A stretch of DNA of 64,000 nt from Azolla caroliniana (lineage: Eukaryota > Plantae > Polypodiophyta), in NCBI GenBank assembly GCA_043228905.1, contig JBHGNT010000015.1, positions 8,804,001 to 8,868,000 of the forward strand. The letters run 5' to 3'. Both the position numbers and the translations under genes were made by a program. The notes under the pieces are model-generated. The model had not been told where the DNA came from, made no database searches, and saw only the letters and a list, made by a program, of their open reading frames with translations. This document shows, in pieces, positions 47,714 to 60,000 of the stretch. The stretch's first letter is position 1. Each line of letters begins with the position of its first letter.

Positions 47714-48086
47714 TACCCCAAAAATTCCACTTGATTCTGGGCGAAACTACACTTTTCTAATTTTGCGTAGAGACCATATTCTCGTAGTCTTCATAGTACC
47801 TGATGAACATGTTTATCATGCTCCTCTTGGGTCTTCAAGCAGATCAAAATGTCATCCGCCATATTTCGAAAAACTGCAGGTGCATTCGTGAGACCGAATG
47901 GCATCACAGTATACTCGAAATGTCCATAGCCAGTGCGAAAAATATCATCCACCATATGTCGAAAAACTACAAGTACATTCATGAGACAGAATGGCATCAC
48001 AGTATACTCGAAATGTCCACAGCTAGTGCGAAAAGCACTCCTCCATTCATCCCCCAGAAGAATCTGAACTAGATTATATGCAGCAC
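47714..48086 (-). pseudogene. Chromovirus RT fragment (continues 53062-53147) with an internal ~100-bp tandem duplication
   Basis: GHFEYTVMPF occurs twice; FTKLDLRG|AYNLV is split by B5. Confidence 0.8.
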
Positions 48087-51000
48087 TGTCGTGAAGAATT
48101 TCGGCCAGAGGCGGAAACCGGGAAATATTGGCTACATCGACAGGGTGCAGCATGTGCAGTCACCCTTGTACATTTAGTGTGAATAACGAGGGCGCCTTTA
48201 TGGCACCGAAGAGTAGACAAGTCGGGACAGAGAATCCCATGTAAGTCGGGATTTATCCCACATTGTAATGCATCTCCCTCCTTGTTCTATAAAAGGAAGG
48301 GAACGCCTCTTGTGAAACGGATGCCCATTTTGTGTTAGAGGGTATACCGTTAGATTTAGGGTCAGTTCTTCTACTTCTTCTTCCTCTTATTCGCGGTGTG
48401 GGTGGACTGTGGAGGGTTGTTTCTGCTCGGTCTCCTGTGCAAGACCCCGCTCTGCGTGACGAGCCCGAGAGCTCCCCGGATGGAGGCTTGGCTGCAGACT
48501 GCTATTGTAACCTACCCTAGCTTGGTTCGGCTCGAAGCCGGGGTTGTATTCTTTCCCTTGTAATACATACATTTGTATCTGTCTGTGTATATTCGTGTTT
48601 CTGTTGGTGTCGGGTGCTTCCCCTTTCCTGCGTTCCTGCACATAAGGGCGTGAGTCGGGTCGGCGTGTGTGTGTGTGCGTGAGTCGGTGCCAAGCGCGTG
48701 CTCCCTCTCTGTCTCCCTCTCTTTCTCTCTCTCATTCGGTTGCTTCCGGAACGCATCCGGAATCGTCTTCTCGGCTTCCTTCCTTCCCTCGTCTGAGACC
48801 CCCGTGGTCCCGCCCTTCTACACGCACGCGCGAAACTTCGCGACATATTTGGTGAACCCGACGTGAAGGGCGGCAAGGGAGAATGGAGTTAGAAGAAGAC
48901 GACTTCGTGCAACCTTTCGTCGAAGTGGTGAGAGAGTTTGGTCGAGCGACAGCAAGGCGAGAATCGGCGCAGCAAGCGGTCGAGCGAGTGGTTGAAAGAG
49001 TCGGCCGTTTCAATGGGGACAAAGTCCCATCTTACTTGGAAGCCTACAACATGGAAATGGAGGAGCAAGACGTGGACGAAGCGTTGAGGCTGGAGTTCTT
49101 CTGTCGGGCTGTCGTCGTCTGTATGCACGCGGAAGTGAAGGAGCTCCGAGAAGCTCATAGTTCGTGGGAGGCCTTTCAAGAGGCGCTCCTGCAGGTATAT
49201 GGAGGACGGCGAAAGAGCTGAGGACAACACGCCTTCGACCAGTGGGTAGCATCAGCAAAGACCCACCAGGGCGCAACGAAGGCGTTCCGAGAGTTCGAGT
49301 GGCAGCTTGCTCGGCTCCCGGAGCGGGAACAAGGTTTGGTGGGGGCGGACAAAGTCCTATTGTTCGTCAGGTCAATCGACCGAGCGGAACAGGAGGCCAT
49401 CGGGATTGAGCTCGAAGACGATGACGGAGCGAATGGGCTTACGGAGGACTGCTCGAAAGTCGGAAGGGTGTGCCAACGGCTAGACAATGAGCGAGCCGAG
49501 AAGGCTAAGAGGAAGGCGCATGACGGCGTGCCATCATAGCGGGAAGAGGCCGAACGGCAAAGAGAGTCAGCAAGGATCGGCGTTGGGTCCAGGATTGCGG
49601 AGGCGTACGCAACTCTCGAGGTGATGCTCGAGGAAGAAGAAAGATCGAGGCCGCAAGCCGAGAGTGAGGAGACGGACTTGCCCCATGCGATGGCGGAAGA
49701 TCAGTACCACGGTACCACGGGAGAGGATGCGGAACAAAACACCCTCTCGACTTGCAGAGATAGAACGGCCAAGGACGAGGCCGAGATACCGATCGTGGAA
49801 ATCGGATAGTTGGGACCAGCGGTTTCAAGCGTGTCAGCCCAAAACCCCGGACATTGGAGAAGCAAGCCCAGGTGGGGCTTACGCGATCGGTAAGGAGACG
49901 ACCACCGACCATGAAGAGCCGGTGGCTACGGACAAGGGCGTAAAACGGATGGGCGATTCTTTGTGTCTTCCCACACTTGCTCCCGAGATGATGGCAGTCG
50001 GGCCCGAGTGCCCACGTGAGTCCCAAGAGGAGGAAGGCGACGGCGAGAGACCAAGAATCACCGGGGAGACGATACGGGGAAGGAGCGGACGAAAGCCCTC
50101 GGACCCGATTCCGGAGAACTCGGCATTCGGGCCCTTATGCCCATGTAAGACCAAGGAGATGGATGGCGGTACTGAGGAGTCCTGGCACGATGCCAGCGAA
50201 GATGGATGGGAGATGGCCCGCGAAAGGGTCGACGAAGAGACCAAGGAACAACCCGACCAGGGACCGAACTGCGAGATGCTCCGATACGGGTGGAGCGTAA
50301 TCCGGTCGTGGATTGTTCGATCGGGATCGGATTCGGCATGAAGGTGCCGATACAGGAGAGGGTGCGGGACGAGCCGCCCTCTTTTACATGGGGAGAAAGA
50401 CCGACCGGGCGAAGATCAGGAATTGAAAGGAGGGTGGTCAGAGGTTTGGAACGAGTCTGGCAAGGTCGGCATAGGAGCCAAAACTCCGAACATTGAAGAA
50501 TCAAGCTCAGGCGGGGCTTGATTGATCACAGAGCGGATGCTATCCACCGACACCACTAAAAGGGGCGGTGGCCCGGACGAGTTGCCGAAAGACGTTGCAA
50601 AATCGGTTACGCCACATCCTATCCGGAGACTTCGGTTGTTCGGCTGACGTGGCAACGTAAGACCAAAGAGAAGGAAGATTGAGGCGGGAGTGCAACAAGG
50701 AGAGCGACGACGAGTTCGAGAGAAGTGAGGGGAACGAAGACCGGTCCCATGAGATCTTCACACTGATCCGGCCGTCGGCCCGAGTGGCAATCCGGAGAAT
50801 GAAGAACGGACCCGAACGAGAACCGGGCGGAGCGGACTCCCGGATAACCATTCCGAGAGGGAGGAAGAGAGCAGGCCTACGAAGAGGCCGAGAACACGGT
50901 ACGTCGGTACCACGGGAGAGGGTGTGGAGCGAGCCACCATCTTGGCTTGCGAAGGAAAGAAAGACCTGGGATAAGGGTCAAGGATACGATGAGCCCAAAG

Positions 51001-53061
51001 AGGATCCTTCACACCGGTTCTAGAGACTCCGGCAGTCGGCCCGAGAGCCGACGTGAGACCTAGAGTGGTGATCGGTGGCGGAAAGGGGACGAAGGCGAGG
51101 GAACTGCGGACGGGCGGTTTACGGAGATCCTCGCACCGATCTGGCGGTCGGGCCGAGTGCCGGCATGAGTCCTATAGGAGAGGTCGATGGCGGCAGGTGA
51201 ACGTGATCGAACGACGGAAGTAGAGAAAGAAGGTATCAGGCCGGCGACGTGGCTACTAAACCGAATCGGACCTACCGGCAAGGTCACGAGCATAAGGAAG
51301 TCCGGTCCTACGGGATCCCCACACTGGTTCCGGAGACTCCGGTTGTTCGGCCAACGTGGCAACGTAAGACCGAGGGAGAAGGAAGGTGGCGGCGGGAAAC
51401 GGGACCCGACTACGCGGACGACACGAGGAGAGTCCGGGAAAGACTCAAACAAAGACACCCTGAATTTCGGCAAGCAACGAAACGAAGACCGGTCCTATGG
51501 GATCTTCACACCGGTTCCGGAGACCCCGGTTGTTCGTCCAACGTGGCAACGTAAGACTGAGGGAGAAGGAAGGTGGCGGCAAGGAACGAGACCCGGCATC
51601 GACAAAGGTCGGTAAGACGGGGCGGACGAAGTGCGGAACCCCTACCGGCCGGTTACAGTTTCGGAAGGAGCCGGTAGGGGCAAACACGGGGAGGTGTGTC
51701 GGGCCGAAAAGGCACACCTGGGGTGGAACAAGAGTCTCGCAAGTGGCCATCGTGGGCCGGATCGAAGCGTGACTACGGGACGGTGTTTGGCACGGTCGGT
51801 GCTGAACAAAGCGAGCGCGAAGAATGGGTTGCACAATTCGGAGGTCACACGTAGAAGACTGCAGAAGGATCCTCCACACCGACGTAAGACCTTGGCAGTC
51901 CGAGCCGACGTGGCAACGAAAGACCAAGGAGAAGGAAGGTGGCGGCGAGGGGATGAAGGCAATGGGGAACAATGTGGGACGATGACCAGGACCACGCGAA
52001 TGGTCGACGGAGGCCAGGCGAGCTACTACAGGCGTTCCTCAAGCGGAGAGCGGAGCGTGCATGCGTCCGAACAAGGGCCAGCGGAAGTAGGCAGACTATG
52101 GAGATCGCGGCGAAGGACCCATCGACGGGTCGAACGAGCCTACGGGGAGTTAACCGCGAAGAAAGAACCGAAGCCGACGATTCAAACCGACAGCGAGCCG
52201 GGATGCGGATTACGGAAGACCGGTTTCTCACCGGCCGAAATCTCTCACCCTTCACCGGATTTGGCACGTATCGGTGGATGTGCGGTTTGGTGGGGGCAGA
52301 TGTCGTGAAGAATTTTGGCCAGAGGCGGAAACCGGGAAATATTGGCTGCATCGACAGGGTGCAGCATGTGCAATCACCCTTGTACATTTAGTGTGAATAA
52401 CGAGGGCGCCTTTATGGCACTGAAGAGTAGACAAGTCGGGATAGAGAATCCCATGTAAGTCGGGATTTATCCCACATTGTAACGCATCTCCCTCCTTGTT
52501 CTATAAAAGGAAGGGAGCGCCTCTTGTGAAACGGATGCCCATTTTGTGTTAGAGGGTATACCGTTAGATTTAGGGTCAGTTCTTCTACTTCTTCTTCCTC
52601 TTCTTCACGGTGTGGGTGGACTGTGGAGGGTTGTTTCTACTCGGTCTCCTGTGCAAGACCCCGCTCTGCATGACGAGCCCGAGAGCTCCCCGGATGGCGG
52701 CTTGGCTGCAGACTGCTATTGTAACCTACCCTAGCTTGGTCCGGCTCGAAACCGGGGTTGTATTCTTTCCCTTGTAATACATACATTTGTATCTGTCTGT
52801 GTATATTCGTGTCTCTGTTGGTGTCGGGTGCTTCCCCTTTCCTACGTTCCTGCACATAAGGGTGTGAGTCGGGTCGGCGTGTGTGTGTGTGTGCATGAGT
52901 CGGTGTCAAGCGCGCGCTCCCTCTCTGTCTCCCTCTCTTTCTCTCTCTCATTTGGTTGCTTCCGGAACGCATCCGGAATCGTCTTCTCGGCCTCCTTCCT
53001 TCCCTCATCCGAGACCCCCATGGTCCCGCCCTTCTACACGCACGCGCGAAACTTCGCGACA
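48087..53061 (+). mobile_element. Family B non-autonomous element B5: LTRs 48087-48845 and 52301-53061, PBS 48850-48867, decayed gag-like region
   Basis: Paired LTRs; tRNA-Trp PBS; GRFNGDKVPSYLEAY and LVGADKVLLF; PPT GGTGGGGGCAGA; flanks GCAC/CCGC. Confidence 0.9.
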
Positions 53062-53147
53062 CCGCGAAGGTCCAACTTCGTGAAATATTTTGCTCCACTA
53101 AGATGTTCTAGAAGATTTGGGATTAACCGTAGAGCATATCTATTACC

Positions 53148-53553
53148 TGGATAGCAACAGAAAATACAGAGACAAGGTTTAATGGAAGCTTGAATCATAG
53201 AGACAGAGAGAGCATAACACTAAACTAAATTGAAAATAATAACACTTTGTACATAGAATGTGCTCAAAGAGCAATTTTATACAAGTCCTTACACGGACTG
53301 AAGTACTGACAAGTACTTCAATGCTCATATGAGTGGCTGACAGTAACTCCAAGGAATCTACCTACGTACTAGGCTAAGATTGTAGACCTCTAACGGCGTA
53401 CCGGTTACCATCCGATCTGGCTCTCCGATCCGAATACCTACCTGGTTCTTTGTTCCGGATACCGATCCATCTCTGGCTTATTCAGCCGATCCGGACCCGG
53501 TTGAGCTTGTCTGCTCAACACTCCTCCTCAAGCTTAACATCAGGCCAGATCGT
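53148..53553 (-). mobile_element. Copia D-like 3' LTR (about 53148-53520) and PPT
   Basis: Reverse complement begins TGTTGAGCAGACAAGCTCAAC, similar to 19267; PPT GAGGAGGAG. Confidence 0.7.
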
Positions 53554-53712
53554 TGTCGCGGAAATCCGCGCCTGCAGGTCGGTTGAACGGAACCACCGGG
53601 GTCTTTGACCAAGGAGGATGAATCGGGTGACTTGTGCTTGTAACGAATCGACCGTCGTTTAGGTTTATAATCGGGTCATTCTTGTTGTCGAAGATGCTTG
53701 TGTGGGTTGACT

Positions 53713-53750
<38 letters not shown>

Positions 53751-56536
53751 TATTGAGAAAATATTTACCGCACCACAAAGATGTCGTGAAGCATGTGACA
53801 CATGTGCCAAACGTCGCGATGTGCGTGTTACACGTGCGCAGACAAGCACCGGCCTCTATCTGCAAGTGGTGATGGAGGATTGAACGGATCGTTCAAAAGC
53901 GGAACCATCAATGTTCTGGACTGGAAGGACTAGCGCAACCGAGAAAGTATTAAAGATAGATTGGTAGATAGATAGATACGGACGAGAATTCCAATTTCGG
54001 GTTTGAACCTTTGACTTCAAAATTGAGGGACAAAACACATTGCCAATGAGATAACTAAGATTTATTATTATTGTTATTGATTCCATACATTTCTTGATTT
54101 CCTTTCCCTTTCTGTCCTTCTTATATAGATGCCCCCATGCATATGATGTGTGGAGGGTATAAGACATGCATACAATGCATGAAATGCATGTGATGCATGA
54201 TGACCATGTCTCTCATTCAACTTGTCATGCACGAGTTGTTACATGTGAAATGAAGAAATAAACTTTAAGAAGAATAACCTGGCTTAATGGTATGTCAATT
54301 GCCTCCTATCCTCGAGGTGTAAGGTTCAAACCCTACTTGCACCTCATTGTATGCACTAGGCCCTAGGCTTATTTTTATATCTTGTGTAATGAACACCTAA
54401 ACACACATCACATGTGCACATCAACATGCTAACATACATGTGTAACCATCACTCCTTTCATACGTGTGCACATTGCACCTTCTTGATTTTCCTCGTTCCA
54501 CGCGATTTTAATACTATTGCCGAAAGTCTTCACGACATCCGCCCCCACCAAACCGCACGTCCTCCGGTACGTGCCAAGAAGTGAGTGTGAGTTTTCGGCT
54601 ATGGTGATTAATCAATTTCCTCCACATCCTCATTGACCTTGCTCACGTTTGTGGGTCCGGTTGTACTATCTTCGTTGCTGAGGTCATCGAGGTTAGGACC
54701 TTCATCTTGTCTTTTCTTGAATATCTTTACTCTTTTTCCCGCAATGGGTATGGCCAACCTTGATCCGTCTAGCTCCGCGAGATGGTAGGTGGCATTGTCG
54801 TTGGCACTCATCACCACATACGGTCAGAATCACCTTCTTGCGAACTTCCTTGACGTCCTGTGTTGGTTATCAAGGCTGTTGTCGTAGACCAATACCCAAT
54901 CTCCTTCTTCGATCTTCTTGGGACGCAGTCGGTGTGTCTTATCGAACCGAATCTTATTCTTCACTCGGGCTGTCTCCATTATCTTTTGCACATTATCTTC
55001 TTTCGAGCTGCCTTATCCGTGCCACCAATAATTCTTCCTGGCTCATCTCATTCTCCCATGGTATTGCTACCCATGAGGCGATCGTCCTCTCGATGGGCAT
55101 TACTGATTTTTGTCCATACATGAGCTCTGTTGGCATATAGCCCGTCAGAGAATTGTGCGTAGTTCCATCGGCCCACAATGCATAGGGCAATTATCGCGGC
55201 CAATTCCCAGCTCAACCATTGCATGCTCGTACGATGGCTTTGACTATCAGCCCATGCCCTCGCTCGATCTTCCCATTTGCATCCGGATTATAGGAAGTTG
55301 TGAGGGAGAGCTTTACGCCTAGTCGCTCGAAGAGCTCCATTGCTTCGTGCGCATCTAACTCCCCTCGGTCGGCCACTATCTTTCCCACACATCCGTATCG
55401 GCAGACGATCTCTTCGAATAGAAATTTGCATATGGCTATCGTCGTCTTATTTGATGAGGCTCGTCCTTCTACCTTATTTGTCAAGTCTTCCCTCGCTAGT
55501 ACCAAGTACTTCATTTGTCGCACTCCCATTGGCATCGAGACCAGATCCACCATCCATTTAAAGTGTATGGTGAGTGGGTATGTTGGCCTCAACTCATCAC
55601 GGTAATGATGTTTGAATGTACTTGGCAGCTTTCACATGTGGACACGAAATGTAATACATCTTTATACATGCCCGACCATCAGTACTTCTCCTTTAGCTTT
55701 TCAAACATTGCCTACGTTCCTCTATGACCTGCCCATGGACTCTCGCGGAATTCAGACATCAACGTTGTTTGGTCCTCTTTCTTCACCACTACTTGTCGTG
55801 GCATCCCTGTCCTTCTCTTTGGGTGCCGCCAAAGGAATCCTCCCTTCAGAAAGTACTGGTAATCTTTCTTCTGTATTTGTAGAGCCTCCTCCTTCATCCA
55901 TGAAGCATCTGCCATCATTGTTCTCAAGAATCTGTCGATTAGTAACCACTCCCCTTCATACTCGTTCTCGTTGAAAGCGTGGAGGGTTGGCGTGCCTCTG
56001 TCTTCTGTTGATAGTTGGGTTGCCTTGAAGAAGTCAAGGGCGACGTTTTCATCTTCTGAAACCATGTCACTTTCATCTTCAAATCTTGCTCTTGATAGCA
56101 TGTCAGCCATGGCGTTGTTCTTCCCAGCAATATGGTGGATCTCTGGGTTCAAAGACTTGATATAAGCGATCCACCTTAGCATAGCCAGATCTGGTGTCCC
56201 ACATCCGGAGATCATCCCAAGGATTGGGAGGCAATTTGTTTCAAATACCACCTTCGACCCGATTAGGTAGTCCTTGTCTACCTTCACTGGAGACACGATA
56301 CCCTAGAGTTCCCACTTTACTTGGGCGTATCCTCGTTGTTGTTCGCTAAGGACCTTTGCTCCGAACCGGATGGCGTACCATGTGCTATCTTCTCCTTCTT
56401 GGTTGATGACCCATCCCATCCCCGTTGGACTCATATCTACCGTGACGTAGATGGGCATCCCTTCTTTGTAGACGGCTTTCCTTAAAGTTGGTGTTGCCAC
56501 CAGTAGCCCTTTTAACCTCTTCATCGCCTCAGTGTG
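53554..56536 (-). mobile_element. Pol-bearing family B relative B9: 3' LTR 53554-54537, decayed INT and RNase H; interrupted by family A
   Basis: Shares the pre-PPT hairpin and PPT with B2-B5; INT (DLVSMP, FEEIVCRYG, ADRGE, NGKIERGH, PYALWAD); RH (YVTVDMSPTGMG). Confidence 0.85.
54273..54345 (+). ncRNA. tRNA-like A/B-box module in the B9 LTR
   Basis: TGGCTTAATGG at 54280; CTCCTAT; GGTTCAAACCC at 54323. Confidence 0.7.
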
Positions 56537-57008
56537 TGTTACCGGCCGGCAAGGAGTCCAAAATACGGAGTGAAGGAATTAATTAAGTATGGTTGTAAAT
56601 AAGCATAGTGTGGATGGACGGACTGGAAACGGTATGCCGTTCCAGATCCGGACGGATCCCGAATAGGTGCGATAGGCACCGTTTTGTACTACGGGCCGGA
56701 AACCTATTTAAAGGCCCGGACCCCATTGTAATCGCAGCGGATAATTAATAGAGCATATGGTGTTTATACTTCTGTGTTGATTTCCGTTCTGTAATTACTG
56801 TTATATCTTACGCGTGTAATTAACAAAAGCGCTCTAATCGTGTAACCTACGTAAGTCGGTGTAATCGTTGAATCTTAATCCTATGCCGTAATCACACTTT
56901 GGTGAAGTGTCTCCGTGACACCTTGTGTTAGGCCTTGTCCGGTCAGAGAATAACACAGTTTTGGCGACCACGATTCCTGCTTTCTCGCAGCGAACGAAGG
57001 CTTAATGG

Positions 57009-60000
57009 ATGACGAGACCAACGCACGACCTGGTTACAGACCGAGCTCGACGCCTCGCCGAACGGCAAAGACGGCGTGAGACTTTCCAGCAAGCAGCGCA
57101 CGAAATTCGCTCGGATCGTTCGTTCTCCAACGAGATCCGGAGAGTCGCGGAGGAATCTCTTCGGTTACAGCAAACTCGCGACCAGGACGACGGAAGCAGT
57201 CTAAGTAGTCTCCGGGAAACCGAACGCCTCCTCGAGGCGCTGGCAAGCGGAGAAAACGAGGCAGAAGCCTTTTCAGCCTACGAGTCGGATTCCGAAGGGG
57301 GATACAGCGTGCATACGAACTACCGGAGCAGCAACGATACCCCCAGCGGCCCGGAGGATGACGGGTCGGATACCGTGCCGACTCCAGAACCGGAACCGCT
57401 CGACCAGGGCTATCCGGAACCGCAAACAGAAGCCGTCAACCCACCAACACCGGAAGTGGAAGAAGCAAAGCCACCGACACCAACGAAAGAGCCGGCGAAG
57501 GTACCGGAAGACGAGCCGGTGAAAGAACCGGAAAAAGAACCGGAAGAGGAACCGGAAAAAGCATCGGCAAAACAACAGGAAGTGGAACCGGAGAGAAAAC
57601 CGGAAAGATATCAACAAACGCCGCTAAACCGCGACCTAATACTGGACGACGACATGCCGTTCCAATACTCAAAGTATCGCGATGATCCGGACGCGGAAGC
57701 GCATGTTCATGCCTTCGAGCAGACATGGGAAACAAATCACACGTCCCAGCGAATGACACCGGAGGAAGAAGAACGCTCGAAGATAGCGGAATTCGGGGTC
57801 ACGTTGGAAGGACCAGCGACACGATGGCGGCGGACGCAGGACCCGGCGACCATCACAACCTTTGCAGAATTAAAAGCAAAATTCTTGCATTTTTTCCACA
57901 AGGAGGTCGACCAGACGACAATGGTGGGCCTGTTTTATACGATCCGACAGGACGTAGGGGAAAGCATTCCCCAATTCGTCATCCGTTTCCAACGAATGCA
58001 TAGCCAGCTTGCCCGTGCACCCCCGGAGGAGGAATTACGGACGATATTTTTAAACGCACTCCGGGAACCGTTACGCACGGTGTGTACGGTAATCGACTTT
58101 CGAGGAAGCACCATTGACCAGGTCATTGACCGGGTCAGAGAAATGGAAAAGTCAAGCTCATGGCTTACACTGGGAGCACTGCAACGGGCGTTACCCACAG
58201 ATGAAGATCTCCGGTTCCGGCAGGCAATTCAATGCACAATCTGCTTGAATGCCGGACACTCGGCAGTGGAGTGCACCATGCGAACTCAGTGTGTGATTTG
58301 TCAATCCAAGAGTCATACAACGGACCGGTGCGAGTATAACCTGTTAAACCGACAAGCACCACCCGTCCGACGGATCGAGCCAAGAAGCAGCCGAGACGAA
58401 GATGAAGATCGTTGGCAAAGAATGAACCGGTACCGACCGGCACAGGATGTCCGGTACGGAGACAGACAAGAGAATGATGGCCGGTACAGGGATCGGCATG
58501 ATAACTACGACCGGTATGAGCGATCGGACCGTTATCGGGAGTCCAACAGACGACACGAGCAATACGACAGAGACCATTCCCCTGGTTACCGAAGGCACCA
58601 GGAGGACTACGGCCGATTTTACGATCCACCACGACAGGACTACCGAAATAAAAATAAGAATAATAAGAAACGTAATTTCAAGAAAGGTGGTCACACTAGG
58701 GACCCGGAACAGGGAACCCCAAGGAGCCAACCGGCACAGAACGCACCACTCACTACGGGACCGACTCCGGCTACCAGCAATGCTGAATCCAGCAATACCC
58801 GTAAAGAGTACTGCTACTACTGCAAGCAGGAAGGCCACTACAGTAACCAGTGCCCGGCAAAGAGCTACGATAAACGACCAGCAGTTAATATGGTGGTTCC
58901 GGAAGTGGCGGATTTACAGCAAGTAACCACACGGTCGAAAGGCATGGCCAAAGAATGGGAAACACAAGAGGCCATACGAAAACAGGCGACGAAATGGGTG
59001 AAGGAAGCCAATGAAAGGAACGTCGCGGACGCGGAACGGCAAAAGGCGAATACCATAGGGAGTGCCGGCGGTAGCCACGCAGAAAACGAGACATGGCAAA
59101 CACTGCAAGAATGTCAGATCACGTTGCCATTAGGAAGACTCTTGCAGCTCGTTCCGCGATTTACGGAAGGACTAAAAACGGTCATGACAGACGGTATAGC
59201 CCCACCGGCACCAGTCCTCTTCTCGAATCCGGAGGAGGGACCGACGGTGGTGGACACTAGTAGTCCAGTGATTACAGCTATTGTCAAAGGGCACGAACTT
59301 CCCGGCACAGTAATCGATGGAGGTTCCGGGGTGAACGTAATAAGCCTCCGCACGTGTGATGCCTTGGGTATACATGAATGGGAGCCATGTCCGTTCTGGC
59401 TACGGATGGCGGATACGAGCTCTGTACGGCCGACGGGCTTAATACGGAAATTGGAGGTCACCATAGGAGGTCACACATTTCACATCTCGGCTGTAGTGCT
59501 GCAGCTACAGGCGCAAGGTGCGTACCCACTGTTGCTGGGCAGACCATGGTTGAAAACAGCACACATCAAGCAAAATTGGCGGAAAAATATGATTACCTTC
59601 CGGCGCGGAAAAGCCAAGGTCCAGGTACCGACACAACCACGGACGAGCAACGGTAAGGAATGCACACCGCTGTATGCGGAATGCGTGAACATGCTTGAAG
59701 GGTTGGCAGACGACGAAGAAGCCCAGTACTTGGAGGAACACCCGAAGATCGTACCACTCTTCGAGATTGACGTAGCTGAAGCCGTAGCGCCATACTTGCC
59801 GCAGCGGGACGAAACCGAAGCCGAACCAGACAAAGATTTGATTCGGGAATTACGGCAAGCACAGGAAGCGTTGGAACGGGAAATGGCCGTTTCCCAACGG
59901 GTAAAAACATCCCAGCTCGACGAAGTGAACCTAGGAAGCAAGGACGAATCAAAGCCGGTACACATCGCCAAAGAAATGAAGCCGGAAGATAAAGCGGCGA

